Source of the DNA: Paragordius varius
Lineage: Eukaryota > Animalia > Nematomorpha
NCBI GenBank assembly: GCA_964247055.1
Contig: OZ176050.1
Location: 13,454,001-13,518,000, forward strand
Direction of reading: 5' to 3'
DNA length: 64,000 bases
A program made the translations under genes and the position numbers. The notes under the pieces are model-generated. The model was not told where the DNA came from. It searched no databases and saw only the letters and a program-made list of their open reading frames with translations. Below, one piece after another: positions 63,545 through 64,000 of the stretch (within the stretch, counting starts at the first letter, position 1; every line of letters starts with the position of its first letter).

Positions 63545-63880
63545 AAAAAATTATCATGCAATCTAGGCATTTTTGCGTTTATTTTAAGAGTAATAGCCGA
63601 TTTTAGAAAAGCAAAGTTTTTTGAAGCTTTCGGAACCCACATCTTAAAATTAAAATTTTAAAATATTGTTTTGCTTTTTATTATTATATATATTAGTGAT
63701 ATTTTTTGGAATGAAGCATTTAGCTTTCGCCAAAAAAAATTTATTTAAAAAAAATGCCCGCAAATTTTGAAATTTTCTGAAAGGAAGACTTATTACAAAA
63801 GTGTAAATTACTTTTAAGTCAGTCGTAGGCCAAAACCAAGCTCCATGATAATCTTGATATAATTGTTACCTATCAGAATA
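63545..63880. mobile_element. Family L right-arm fragment
   Basis: gaacccacatct..gaatgaagcatttagcttt..gcaaattttg..gataatcttgatat. Confidence 0.7.
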
Positions 63881-64000
63881 CATATATTTTTCATCAAATA
63901 TTTTTTTGTGTAATAACTCTCGTAATTGAACAGTAAATAATGCTCATATGTTTTGTTATCTTAAATTTTGGCATTTGTATGCAAATTTAATTTAAATCTT

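Overview
Very AT-rich eukaryotic (animal, probably protostome invertebrate) genomic DNA; no prokaryotic, CRISPR or rRNA features. Seven intron-containing genes can be spliced by hand into continuous frames: EMG1/NEP1 (+, 6129-8826), MTG1 (-, 9222-12345), an EPS8/arouser-family gene (+, 12439-25726), a DM13/Skeletor-like gene (+, ~31913-34015, incomplete), a prickle/testin-type LIM gene (+, 38417-41000), a Numb-associated kinase of the AAK1/BMP2K family (-, 48576-60244) and TDP1 (+, 60327-63109). There are also tRNA-Glu(UUC) and tRNA-Gln(UUG). Introns and intergenic space are packed with several MITE families, hAT elements, fold-backs, an RTE LINE fragment and a ~160/320-bp tandem array. Most notable: (1) two introns whose 5' splice site is supplied by the terminal inverted repeat (TIR) of a TA-flanked MITE that spans the intron, which looks like introner-type intron creation or remodelling; (2) nine 25-32-nt micro-introns, all first or second introns, only one a multiple of 3 and that one carrying an in-frame stop; (3) two head-to-head gene pairs with <100 bp between start codons; (4) a TATA|CC...GG|TATA element group with interchangeable 21-bp subterminal repeats. 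All calls come from manual reading and remembered family motifs; no searches were run, and the organism is not identified.
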